A stretch of DNA of 16,540 bases from Candidatus Poribacteria bacterium (lineage in GTDB: Bacteria > Poribacteria > WGA-4E > UBA9662), in assembly GCA_036339735.1 (NCBI GenBank), contig JAYZAL010000010.1, positions 1 through 16,540 of the forward strand, written 5' to 3'. The position numbers were made by a program, and so were the translations under genes. The notes below the pieces were generated by a model. That model was not told where the DNA came from and made no database searches. It saw nothing but the letters and a program-made list of their open reading frames with translations. Shown piece after piece: positions 1 to 9,431 of this stretch; position 1 is the first letter of the stretch, and each line of letters begins with the position of its first letter.

Positions 1-271
1 CTTGGATCATCCGACTCATATAGACGGTAGTTTTCGAGATAAAGAGGGTTGGGGATGGGAAATTTTCTCTGACCGGTCACCAGAAGGTCCTTGTCAATTT
101 ACAGCTCAAGCTGGTGATGTTATATTCTGGCACTGTTTCCTCTGCCACACAGGATCAGCTAATGTCCGCCAACTACCACGATTTGGAGTCTTTGCGCGTT
201 GGTCGTACAAAGAAAAAGAGAAAATGCGATATGAAATCCCCGCAGATCTATGGAAATATTGGTCAATTTGA
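1..271 (+). CDS. Phytanoyl-CoA dioxygenase (PhyH) family 2OG/Fe(II) oxygenase, 5'-truncated by the window edge
   Basis: HxD motif (PTHIDG) and the typical C-terminal AGDVIFWH...HTGSAN...PR strand carrying the distal His and 2OG-binding Arg. The frame is open to the window start. Confidence 0.85.
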   Translation, partial: LDHPTHIDGSFRDKEGWGWEIFSDRSPEGPCQFTAQAGDVIFWHCFLCHTGSANVRQLPRFGVFARWSYKEKEKMRYEIPADLWKYWSI

Positions 272-303
272 TAGTCTAGAATAATACGAGCTATTCTGTT
301 ACT

Positions 304-1944
304 TCAAGACCTGATTGGTTTAGTAAAATCTTTGATATTATCTAGACATACGTTGCTTGGCGGTGTGGCTTTCAACGGAGAAATAGCTAAATTTAATGTT
401 TCGTTCTGAAATTCGACTGATTTACATCGTGTTCGATTAACTTTTTTACCTGTACTCGCAAAAAATGGGAATAAATCTTCACCGACAGCAATTGATAGAT
501 CTTCTATCGACTCATCCCAACTTAATTTTCGATCAGGGGTATCCACCCAACGTTTTGCTTGAACCCAGCGCCAGCGTGGATACCAGGTTGGTCCATAATA
601 ATCATCTAATTTCTGCCAAACATACCAAATCATTAATCGATCCCAACCCTCTCGCCAATTTTGGAGATTTTCAGCTCTGAAAATCAGTTCAGGATTTGTT
701 TCAGCAGGACTATAGTCAGGCAAAAACACCTGATCACACTGCCGGTTTGGCCCCGAAATCGTATTGTATTTGGCATCAATTTTTCCTTGAAACCAGCCGG
801 CATGTTCTTCTCCCTGGTTTCCACCAAAAGGGTGACTGGCAATTATTTCTCCAGGACCAGACATTGTATGTGCCTGTTCGTGGGCAAAAATGCTGCGCAT
901 TCCTTCTGGACTGGTCGAAATCGTACCCGTTTCTTTGGGTAAATAGGCGTTAACAGCCCAACCTCCACCACTACCACTACAAACCACTAAGTACATTGGT
1001 TCTTCCGGTTTTGGTGATGGTATCCATTTATAGAGATCGTTAGTTATCGAGGTAAAGTCTTTTTGCACAGTAGATAATATTTTTGGTGTTTGATTTTTGC
1101 TGTAGTAACAAACAATACCATCTAGCCGAAGTTCAGATTCTTGGTATATGCCACCACCACCGTACATTGGTGTTGGTAATCGAGGTTTACCACTAGCAGG
1201 GGGAATCCCGGCGCTCGCCCATTCTACTATCTGAGTTAGTAAGTCTAATTTCTGTTCCATTTGATTTGTGTCTTTGTTACTAAAGCGATACAAATCCGAA
1301 GATGCCAAGACAACAATTCTGCCCTTCCCCCAAGACCGGCGGGCATAAATTGGTTGGTTGTCGTCGTTTTGAAGAATAATTTCCCAATTTTCGTCAACTT
1401 GGACTAAGGGCCACTTATTTTCTTCATGAAGAATTTTCTCAGGTAAGATTTCTGCACCATAGCGAGATAATAATTGATTGAGAGACCATGAATTGTTCGG
1501 TTTATCACCATGCCAATTACCGGATATGATAAGCCCACCGCCATTGTTTAGGTGTCTTTCTAATGCTTTTCGTTCTTCAGGTATATAATCAGGATTTCCA
1601 AATTCGCCTTCAGTTAAGACAACATTCCACTGTGGTGTTGGCCACCAAGCAAAAGGATGCAGTTTCGGCTCTATAGTAATTCTGATTCGAGCGAGAGATT
1701 TGGGAGTCAGTTGTGTGTCTAGAGTCGCATGGCTACCGACACTGCGAATCCCACGCTGGTGTAATTGCTCACTCAATTGCCAAAGTAAAAAAAAGTCACA
1801 TTTATGGGACATATCGACCAGAAGATTAATCCCCGTGTCATTTATAAGTTTAATTGGATCTAGTGGGTATTGTTGGGTTACTTCCACAGGTAATGTTTTT
1901 CCGGCTTTCCACCACTGATCTATTTGTTTGCCTGTAAATTTCAT
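304..1944 (-). CDS. Putative Zn metallopeptidase: N-terminal class I GATase-like domain plus C-terminal M60-like (gluzincin) domain
   Basis: 546 aa ORF with an AAGGA SD upstream. GATase-like features: LLVDMSH, 'ERKALERHLNNGGGLIISG' and 'WGKGRIVVLAS'. HEQAH at aa 355-359 followed by EE at aa 379-380. C-terminal 'LSIAVGEDLFPFF' resembles the M60/TCAF helical tail. Confidence 0.65.
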   Translation of the reverse strand: MKFTGKQIDQWWKAGKTLPVEVTQQYPLDPIKLINDTGINLLVDMSHKCDFFLLWQLSEQLHQRGIRSVGSHATLDTQLTPKSLARIRITIEPKLHPFAWWPTPQWNVVLTEGEFGNPDYIPEERKALERHLNNGGGLIISGNWHGDKPNNSWSLNQLLSRYGAEILPEKILHEENKWPLVQVDENWEIILQNDDNQPIYARRSWGKGRIVVLASSDLYRFSNKDTNQMEQKLDLLTQIVEWASAGIPPASGKPRLPTPMYGGGGIYQESELRLDGIVCYYSKNQTPKILSTVQKDFTSITNDLYKWIPSPKPEEPMYLVVCSGSGGGWAVNAYLPKETGTISTSPEGMRSIFAHEQAHTMSGPGEIIASHPFGGNQGEEHAGWFQGKIDAKYNTISGPNRQCDQVFLPDYSPAETNPELIFRAENLQNWREGWDRLMIWYVWQKLDDYYGPTWYPRWRWVQAKRWVDTPDRKLSWDESIEDLSIAVGEDLFPFFASTGKKVNRTRCKSVEFQNETLNLAISPLKATPPSNVCLDNIKDFTKPIRS

Positions 1945-2226
1945 TTAATTCCTTTGGGTTCCTAGATGATAAAAATACATAAAACAATACTACATTAAGG
2001 AAATAGTTGATGAACCTAGTTAATAGTTGATCACATAATTAGTGAATACTTCAGTTCGAAATACTAATTGATTGTATCTTAATCACGATATAATTAGTGA
2101 GGGGTATCGATACACATATACTACAGATAAAGTGGATCTCTTATCTAGAGCAATTACCTGACCATATCAACTGACAAATTCTCATTGGTGTGATAGAATT
2201 ATCCCAAAGTGGAAATCGGATAGCAA

Positions 2227-3027
2227 ATGTTAAATAGCCCAAAAAGAGTTTTTGTGATTGGTGTTGATGGTGCAATGGGGCGAGCTGTAAAGTTAGCCAA
2301 AACCCCTAATATTGATGCTGTCATTGAGAATGGTGTTTTTACTTATCAGGCTCAAGCAGTATTACCAAGTGCTAGCTTCCAAAATTGGGGGGCCTTGTTA
2401 CATGGAGTTGAAGCAACTGTCCACCAAATTAGCGACTCTAACCCAATTCAGGAGGATACTCCATTCCCTTCTTTTTTGAAAGTCTTACAACAATCGGACC
2501 CCACGCTGAGATGCGCTGCATTTAGTTGTTGGAATCCGATTAATCAATACATTATAGAACAATCGATTGATTGCCATCGGGTTTCGCAACCGGACTCAGA
2601 ATTGGTTCACACCGCTGCTCAATATATCCGACAATCACCGCCTGATTTATTTTTCATGCAACTGGATGATGTTGATGCTGCTGGCCACCGAGAAGGTTAT
2701 GGAAGTGAAAAATACTTACAACAGATTGAAAAAACTGACAGCGAAATCGGGGTAGTGGTACAGGCTATCCATGATGCCAAAATCTACTCGGAAAGCCTAA
2801 TTCTCATTATTTCAGATCACGGCGGATTTGGGACTGGACACGGCGGTGATGAACCCGAATGTTTAGAAATTTTCTGGAGTATTCGTGGACCAGGTATGAC
2901 TCAGGGAATGGAACTTGATCAACCTTTATCAATAAAAGATACTGCATCTATCATATTACATGCGTTCAATGTCCCTATCCCACATGGTTATGAAGGAAAT
3001 GTTCCCGCCGCCATTTTTGAGAACTAG
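2227..3027 (+). CDS. Alkaline phosphatase superfamily protein (type I phosphodiesterase/nucleotide pyrophosphatase-like)
   Basis: Metal and nucleophile motifs VIGVDG, PSASFQNW, DDVDAAGH, ISDHGG and GHGG. No signal peptide visible. Confidence 0.9.
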   Translation: MLNSPKRVFVIGVDGAMGRAVKLAKTPNIDAVIENGVFTYQAQAVLPSASFQNWGALLHGVEATVHQISDSNPIQEDTPFPSFLKVLQQSDPTLRCAAFSCWNPINQYIIEQSIDCHRVSQPDSELVHTAAQYIRQSPPDLFFMQLDDVDAAGHREGYGSEKYLQQIEKTDSEIGVVVQAIHDAKIYSESLILIISDHGGFGTGHGGDEPECLEIFWSIRGPGMTQGMELDQPLSIKDTASIILHAFNVPIPHGYEGNVPAAIFEN

Positions 3028-3145
3028 AACTAAGTTGTGTTTAACCATTTTTCCTGCTTAACAATTTTTCTCTCTGGTAGATATACATTTCTTGGTACTT
3101 ATGTCTTTGCAAGTTGCACAATCTAATCCCTGTAGCTGCTCTTTT

Positions 3146-4021
3146 TTAATCTAGTTCTTTGGCCAGTCTGGTAATCACTTGATTTAGGTCAGGAAAATCG
3201 TCTTTTTCCTCTGGTGATAGGTTGGCCAATTCTGTTCGGCCGATGAATCGAAACATATCAGCGGCTCCAAGCAAAATGTCAGGCGTTAATCCAGTATCGG
3301 CAAAGGTGGTTGCAATTTCCTCCATTTCGCCCGTCCATCTTTTGGCTTTGGAAGGTAAACTTGGCAACCCATTCCGCATTCGCTGATAAAGTACAGGTTG
3401 GCTGATTTCAAATTCTGCTACCAAATCATCGAACACATTTAATACTTCGGCTGCGGTTAGTAGCTCAGCACAAAGTGCAGTCAAGCCTTTAGTTAAACCA
3501 GCATAGCACATTTTGATAGCGGATGCTAAACCTATCTGAGATCCTAAAGGACGAATGTCTAAACCATGCTGATTCAGTTTACAAAATTGGTCCACGTTAG
3601 GACCTGAGGTGTAAAATCGTGTCGATCCGTCTTTTCGTGGTGGAGGGCCAATAATTGATGCATCTAGAAAATTCCCCCCTGAATCCATAATATTTTGACC
3701 AATTTGTTTGACAGTATTAGGAGAAATCGCATTACAGTCAACATATAAGATTCGAGCCTGTGTTCTCTCAATGGCTTCACTTACTTGATGGGCAGCATCG
3801 ATAGCTCGAGCTGGTACTAAAATAGACAAAATTAAGTCAGCGTTCTGTACTAAATCATCATAAGATGATAAATTCGTGATGCCAACTTTTTCAGCTAATT
3901 GTCTGGTTCTCTGGCTGCGTCCAGCCAAACAAGTGAAGACCTTCAACCCATTTTTAATTAAAACTTGACCAACGGTATGTCCCATATCACCGGGACTGAC
4001 GATTCCAATTTTTCTTATCAT
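3146..4021 (-). CDS. NAD(P)-dependent oxidoreductase, 6-phosphogluconate/beta-hydroxyacid dehydrogenase-like with DUF1932 C-terminus
   Basis: Rossmann start IGIVSPGDMG, YVDCNAISP, DASIIGPPP, ASAIKMCYAGLTKG and KAKRWTGEMEEIA. The ATG at 4021 is preferred over the TTG at 4054 because it directly precedes the Rossmann strand. Confidence 0.88.
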   Translation of the reverse strand: MIRKIGIVSPGDMGHTVGQVLIKNGLKVFTCLAGRSQRTRQLAEKVGITNLSSYDDLVQNADLILSILVPARAIDAAHQVSEAIERTQARILYVDCNAISPNTVKQIGQNIMDSGGNFLDASIIGPPPRKDGSTRFYTSGPNVDQFCKLNQHGLDIRPLGSQIGLASAIKMCYAGLTKGLTALCAELLTAAEVLNVFDDLVAEFEISQPVLYQRMRNGLPSLPSKAKRWTGEMEEIATTFADTGLTPDILLGAADMFRFIGRTELANLSPEEKDDFPDLNQVITRLAKELD

Positions 4022-4053
4022 TTCACACACTTTTTTGCTTTTAATAAAATACA

Positions 4054-4090
4054 AAACTCATTACCTGAGCTAAACCAATTTAATGAGTTT
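4054..4090 (-). terminator. Terminator-like hairpin in the leader of the oxidoreductase gene
   Basis: Perfect 10-bp inverted repeat AAACTCATTA (4054-4063) / TAATGAGTTT (4081-4090) with a 17-nt loop. It is followed on the minus strand by TGTATTTT. The AT-rich stem and large loop weaken the call. Confidence 0.35.
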
Positions 4091-4574
4091 AGTGGAGTGA
4101 AGGAGATGTAAATTCTCATCACCTACTATTTCTGTTTATTTAGTATATTTGCCAAATTTTTCATATGTTTAGTTCACTACCTCTTCTAGTTCAACAATTT
4201 AACACGATAAATTACGGATAGACTAGATTTAGCTAGTCATACAAATAGATAAAAAACCTGCAACTGTGTATTTATGTAGAGGTTCAATCAATTTTCTTGG
4301 TTATTATCGAACCTGTTTTGCTAATTGAAATTTTATCAATAGAGGAGTAGCCGAATGAGCTTTAAACGTTCGTTCGCTTTGGATCTGATATCATCAATCT
4401 TAATCCCATGCAACAACTATATCTATTAGAAATGAATTTAATGGAAGCTATCGGATCCAGTTCGATTGAAATCCACGGTTAAAGTATAATATCAGTTTAT
4501 CGGACACCTGTTTGAATCAAATTTAAGTCAGGCTGGTCTTATCTCACCTAGAGTTTTTTCTTCAAAATCTACGA

Positions 4575-4603
4575 TTGACACCTCAAATAGAACGGTCTAA
4601 ACT
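4575..4603 (+). promoter_or_regulatory. Candidate sigma70 promoter
   Basis: TTGACA (4575-4580), 17-bp spacer, TAAACT (4598-4603). About 315 nt upstream of the 4918 ATG. Confidence 0.5.
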
Positions 4604-4917
4604 TGCTAACATATAGAAAATATTATTCCATCAGTATAAAGCCAAATCAATTCCTAAGCAAAATCCGTCATTTATTTGTTGTGTCCACTTTTATACTAGA
4701 TGAATATTAGCTTATATTTTTCCATAAGAATTTTTTTGTAGTATAATTTTTTTCAACATCATACACCTATCGGGTCTGTTTGTAGCCTAAATGCTTACAA
4801 GTAAATTACGAACCAAACAATGAGTATCGAATTAACTATTGATATAAACAATACAGTAAATTTAACTACCCTCACCCAAAGAACATATAAATTCATAATT
4901 TTATTACCTATCCTCTG

Positions 4918-6825
4918 ATGAACCCTACTAAGATTAACCATGTGACTTGGAGGTCGATTATAATCGGCCTTTCTTTGAGTATTCCACATGGTTTTTTTTC
5001 AATCCAAACACCAACACCAACGACTGTTTCTCTAATTTATACCGCGGTACTAACGCTTGCTTTTCTTGTTATTCTTAATCTTTTAATCAGGATTTGGCGA
5101 CCAAAGGCTACATTAACACAAGGTGAGCTACTAACGATTTATACGATGCTCTCCTTATCTGTTGCTATTTCCGGACATGACATGTTGCAAGTTTTAGCAC
5201 CAATACTGGGGCACGCGTTCTGGTTTGCTACACCTGAGAACGAATGGAGTACGCTCTTTTTCAGATACCTGCCACGTTGGTTAGTCATCGAAGATCTACA
5301 AGTGCTCAAAGGTTTGTACCAAGGTGAATCAACGTTGTATTTCGCTTCTCATATGAAAGCGTGGCTAACCCCTGTTTTCTTTTGGTCTATATTTTTACTT
5401 GCTCTTATGCTGGTGATGGTGGGCCTGAGTATTATCATCAGTCGACAATGGATACAACACGAGCGTTTATCCTACCCAGTTATTCAACTTCCGTTATCAA
5501 TGACACAACAAGGGGGACAAATTGCTTTTTTTCAATCCAAATTACTTTGGATTGGGATTACCATCAGTGGTGGCATCGATTTAATCAATGGCTTGCATGC
5601 ATTCCTACCAGTTGTTCCACTTCTGCCTGTACGTACTATGGAGATCGGAAACCTATTTACGGAAGAACCTTGGCAAGCCATGGGATGGACGCCGGTTTGT
5701 TTTTTTCCATTCGCTATCGGGCTCAGTTTTTTTATGCCTCTCGATCTCTTGTTCTCATGTTGGGTTTTCTATTGGGTTTGGAAAATGGAACTAGTTCTTG
5801 GTAAAGCGCTTGGGTGGAGAAGTTTACCAGAATTCCCTTATCTTAAGCCTCAAGCTTCCGGAGGTTACCTTGGCTTAGCATTGATCGTTCTATGGAAGAG
5901 CCGTCGTCATCTCCGTCAAGTTGTGACACAAATTTTTCTGCCCAATAACGCTAAAGATGATGTCTATTCGATTCCCAGTCATTTCCAGTCTTACTACCGT
6001 ATTGCAGCTATACTTATTCTGGTTGGAACTACAACGATTGTTCTTTTTTGTGCCAAATCTGGGATGTCATTAGGTGTGATTGTTCTATTTTTTGTCTTCT
6101 ATTTTCTACTTGTTTTTGCCCTAACACGTTTACGAGCTGAGCTTGGGCCACCAGTACACGAACTTTATAATATTGGTCCAGACCAAATGTTACCAAAAAT
6201 CTTTGGTGTAAGGTTTTTTGGCCCCAAAAATCTTACCATGTTTGCCATGTTCTGGGGGGTTAATCGTGCTCACCGATGTAACCCAATGCCATACCAACTG
6301 GAGGGCCTAAAACTTGCGGATAGGACGAGGATATCCGCTTATCGCCTAGTCCTAGCTATGATTTTAGCCTCATGTGTTGGAATCTTGACTGGTTTTTGGG
6401 GGTTTTTACATGTTCATTATCGAGATGGTTTTGATGGTGGATTTGGGGCGGAAGCGTTTCGTCATCTACAACAGTGGCTATATTTTATGCCGGATTTTGA
6501 TGGCCCATCTACTGGTTTTATGGGTATTGGATTTAGTATTGTCGTCGCTCTAACAATGCTAAGACAGCGTTTTCTTTGGTGGACACTTCACCCAGCAGCG
6601 TATCCTCTAGCAAGTAGTTTAAACTGGTCTATGAGCTGGATGTGGTCATCAATCTTTGTTAGTTGGCTAGTAAAATGGATCCTGCTTAAGCATGGTGGTT
6701 TAACAGCCTACCGACGTGCGATTCCATTTTTTTTCGGACTAATTCTTGGTGATTACCTAGTTGGTGGATTTTGGAATATCTGGGGGATAATTTCTCATCG
6801 GTATATCTATACCTTTTGGCATTAG
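4918..6825 (+). CDS. Multi-pass membrane protein, DUF6785 + DUF6784 type (putative OPT-like transporter)
   Basis: 635 aa with many hydrophobic segments. Family-type motifs: 'LTQGELLTIYTML', 'FWFATPENEW', 'QWIQHERLSYP', 'RLRAELGPP', 'FLWWTLHPAAY' and 'KHGG...YRRAIPFFFGLILGD'. Confidence 0.75.
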   Translation: MNPTKINHVTWRSIIIGLSLSIPHGFFSIQTPTPTTVSLIYTAVLTLAFLVILNLLIRIWRPKATLTQGELLTIYTMLSLSVAISGHDMLQVLAPILGHAFWFATPENEWSTLFFRYLPRWLVIEDLQVLKGLYQGESTLYFASHMKAWLTPVFFWSIFLLALMLVMVGLSIIISRQWIQHERLSYPVIQLPLSMTQQGGQIAFFQSKLLWIGITISGGIDLINGLHAFLPVVPLLPVRTMEIGNLFTEEPWQAMGWTPVCFFPFAIGLSFFMPLDLLFSCWVFYWVWKMELVLGKALGWRSLPEFPYLKPQASGGYLGLALIVLWKSRRHLRQVVTQIFLPNNAKDDVYSIPSHFQSYYRIAAILILVGTTTIVLFCAKSGMSLGVIVLFFVFYFLLVFALTRLRAELGPPVHELYNIGPDQMLPKIFGVRFFGPKNLTMFAMFWGVNRAHRCNPMPYQLEGLKLADRTRISAYRLVLAMILASCVGILTGFWGFLHVHYRDGFDGGFGAEAFRHLQQWLYFMPDFDGPSTGFMGIGFSIVVALTMLRQRFLWWTLHPAAYPLASSLNWSMSWMWSSIFVSWLVKWILLKHGGLTAYRRAIPFFFGLILGDYLVGGFWNIWGIISHRYIYTFWH

Positions 6826-7088
6826 TTAAAGAGTAAAAATGTGTCAAATTCTGTTATCCTTTTGATTTGAGCAAAAACATATTCTTCTTTCCATTCAATA
6901 GATAGAACTTGTATTAAGTAAAGCTATGAAAAACAGCGCCACACAAACATAAAAGAAAATACATATACACTTCAAATTTTGTCTCAATCATTCCGATTTA
7001 TTTTCTCCTCTAGTTGTGTTACTTTTTTATTCTAAAATCTGACTGGGCTAATTTTGACCTAACCTAAATATATGGAAGAAAATATATT

Positions 7089-8135
7089 ATGTATGAATCC
7101 AAGGCACATTTTGCCAATCTCTATGAGAATATTCCTTCAACTTTCTCTTTTTCAAATCGATTAAATTTGGAAGAACAAACTTTTAACGAGTGGCAAAACC
7201 AATTTAGATTGGCGCTTCATGATTTACTTGGATTGAATAATATGTTGGTCGACTTAGCCGGTTACCAACCTTACGCTGAAAAAAGAAGTACTGAAGAATT
7301 AAACGATCATATTCGTGAATCTTGGTATTTGTGGGTTGAACCAACAGTTCCGCTACCGTTCTACTTATTGCGTCCCAAGCAAGTAGCAGATGGTTTACCC
7401 TTGGTGATCACACCTCACGGACATAATCATCCTCACCTTTATGTTGGAATAGCAAGGAATAATGGAGAAAAATTGGAAATTCAAGAAGGGCAAAGAGATA
7501 TTGCCTGCCAAGCAGTCCGACAAGGATATTTAGTTATTGCTCCTACGACACGTGGATTCGGTGAGACACGCACCAAAATCGACAAAGATAATAATAAAAT
7601 TCACTCTTGCCGGACTGAGCTCATGCATGATTTATTAGTTGGGCGCACACCGATTGGTGTGCGCGTTTGGGATATGTCTCGACTAATTGATTGGGCAATT
7701 GATACACAGAATATTGATGAGAATAAAATCGCGATGACCGGTAATTCAGGTGGTGGAACAGTCACATTACATTCGGCTGCTATTGATACGCGCATATCAG
7801 TTGCAGTACCTAGTTGTTATTTTTGCACTTATGTTGATAGTATTGGGACTATAGCCCATTGTGACTGCAATTATTTACCTGGGATTCTTCGCTTAGGTGA
7901 AATGTATGATGTAGCAGGCTTAATCGCCCCTAGGCCGATTTCTGTCATTGCTGGCAGAGATGATAAGATCTTTCCTATTGACTATGTACGGTTCGCTTTT
8001 GACAAATTGCAAGCAATTTATCAGGCAGTGGGTGTAGCTGATAAATGCCAACTATATGTGGGACAAGGGGGGCATCGATACTACTCAGATGGCGCGTGGG
8101 ATTTTATTCGACACCACTTTGACCAGGAAAACTAA
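7089..8135 (+). CDS. Alpha/beta hydrolase (dienelactone hydrolase / acetylxylan esterase-like, Abhydrolase_7-like)
   Basis: PHGH oxyanion loop, nucleophile elbow GNSGGG, catalytic Asp in GRDDKIFP, His in GGHRY, and HCDCNYLPG. GGAAG SD upstream. Confidence 0.88.
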   Translation: MYESKAHFANLYENIPSTFSFSNRLNLEEQTFNEWQNQFRLALHDLLGLNNMLVDLAGYQPYAEKRSTEELNDHIRESWYLWVEPTVPLPFYLLRPKQVADGLPLVITPHGHNHPHLYVGIARNNGEKLEIQEGQRDIACQAVRQGYLVIAPTTRGFGETRTKIDKDNNKIHSCRTELMHDLLVGRTPIGVRVWDMSRLIDWAIDTQNIDENKIAMTGNSGGGTVTLHSAAIDTRISVAVPSCYFCTYVDSIGTIAHCDCNYLPGILRLGEMYDVAGLIAPRPISVIAGRDDKIFPIDYVRFAFDKLQAIYQAVGVADKCQLYVGQGGHRYYSDGAWDFIRHHFDQEN

Positions 8136-8343
8136 TCAGGCCTTGAGCCATAAACACCAGTATGAAAAACCAGGTGGTAACAGTGTCGAAAGGAAGAAAG
8201 TAAGCGAAATTTGAGAGATTGACCAGTAGATATAGTTTTGGATTCAAATTGATAGGGTTAGCTGTTACATGATTTCAGGCTCAAATTTAATTGTACATCG
8301 ATTTTGTGACACTTTCTCCCGCAATTTTGAATGGGTTGTCGTT

Positions 8344-9345
8344 CTATACCCAACCAGCTTCGACCATTAAGGTCAGTGGAGATTCAGGTTCTTCCAACGG
8401 TAAGTAAATTCGCTTTCGACGACGAGAAGATTCGTAAACCGCCATTAGCAATTCTAATGTAGCTAACCCTTGTTCGCCACTTGATCGATGAGGTCGGTCC
8501 GTATCAAGCGCTGCTACCATGTCTTCTACTGGACTAATTTCAGGTGGAAGACCAGGAGTGACCCATTTCCCATTGGTTGAAGACGTTCGCTGGCGTATCA
8601 TTGGACCTCCTGGTACTGCCAACTCAATTTCTCCTTCTGTACCATAGCAAAAAATATGATGATACCCAGCTGCAGTATCATCTCCAGACTCGATAATACC
8701 TCGTATATTGTTGGAGAACTTAAAATACCCAAGGCTAAAACTTTCAGAATAAAGATCGTATTTTACCTCTGTCCCTTGCCGATCAATTTGTCCGATTACC
8801 CATTCAACAGGTAAGTCTCCCAAGATATATCTCATTAGATCTACAGTATGAGTCGCATTATCCTTTAAATCACCTCCACCACAAATGGCATGTAACCGAA
8901 AGACGTCACCAATTTCACCGGCTTCTATTAGTTGCTTGGCAACCACATAAGGAGAATTAAAACGCAATTGATGGTCTATGGCCAGGTTGACCTGATATTT
9001 TCGGCAGATTTCGACCATCTGTCTAGCTTGGCCTAAATTTTCAGCCATTGGTTTTTCTGATAAAATACCTTTAACTTGATGTTTAGCTACTTCAATGACC
9101 AATGGTGCATGAAATTTAGGACGAGTACAAATACTAACGATATCCAAGTCTGATTGCTCCAACATGGTGACGAAATCGGTATAAGTTTCTCCAATATCAT
9201 ACTGTTGACTATAAGCTTTTAACCTATCAGAATCGATATCAGAAATAGCCACCACTTTTGTTCTTTCCTCCGCCAAATACCATTTGGTATGCATGTGAGA
9301 AATTCCACCACAACCAATAATGCCTACACGATATATCTTTTTCAT
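8344..9345 (-). CDS. Gfo/Idh/MocA family oxidoreductase
   Basis: VGIIGCGGIS Rossmann motif, DIVSICT...H, EKPMA, DHQLRF and GGDLKDNATHTVD. Confidence 0.93.
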   Translation of the reverse strand: MKKIYRVGIIGCGGISHMHTKWYLAEERTKVVAISDIDSDRLKAYSQQYDIGETYTDFVTMLEQSDLDIVSICTRPKFHAPLVIEVAKHQVKGILSEKPMAENLGQARQMVEICRKYQVNLAIDHQLRFNSPYVVAKQLIEAGEIGDVFRLHAICGGGDLKDNATHTVDLMRYILGDLPVEWVIGQIDRQGTEVKYDLYSESFSLGYFKFSNNIRGIIESGDDTAAGYHHIFCYGTEGEIELAVPGGPMIRQRTSSTNGKWVTPGLPPEISPVEDMVAALDTDRPHRSSGEQGLATLELLMAVYESSRRRKRIYLPLEEPESPLTLMVEAGWV

Positions 9346-9431
9346 GAATTATTGTTTCTTATTAAATCTATCCTAGTTACCCTAAAGTAATACCTTTGGA
9401 GATGATATAGAGCCTTTAGTCTTAGGTCTCT

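Noticed and set aside
465..1918. Short + strand ORFs (465-680, 661-942, 696-953, 1700-1918)
   Set aside because: Antisense shadows of the 546-aa gene with no recognisable motifs.
4022..4054. N-terminal extension MYFIKSKKVCE of the oxidoreductase
   Set aside because: The TTG start abuts the leader hairpin, and the family fold begins at the ATG at 4021.
4090..4130. Fluoride-riboswitch resemblance (GGTGATG / GGAGATG...CCTAC)
   Set aside because: Lacks the pseudoknot partner and the conserved CUAAUGA/CUGAUGA core in the right order, and the adjacent gene is unrelated to fluoride.
2567..7795. Nested ORFs 2567-2755, 5361-5804, 5588-5794 and 7601-7795
   Set aside because: Fully inside well-supported genes in another frame or strand, with no protein-like signatures.
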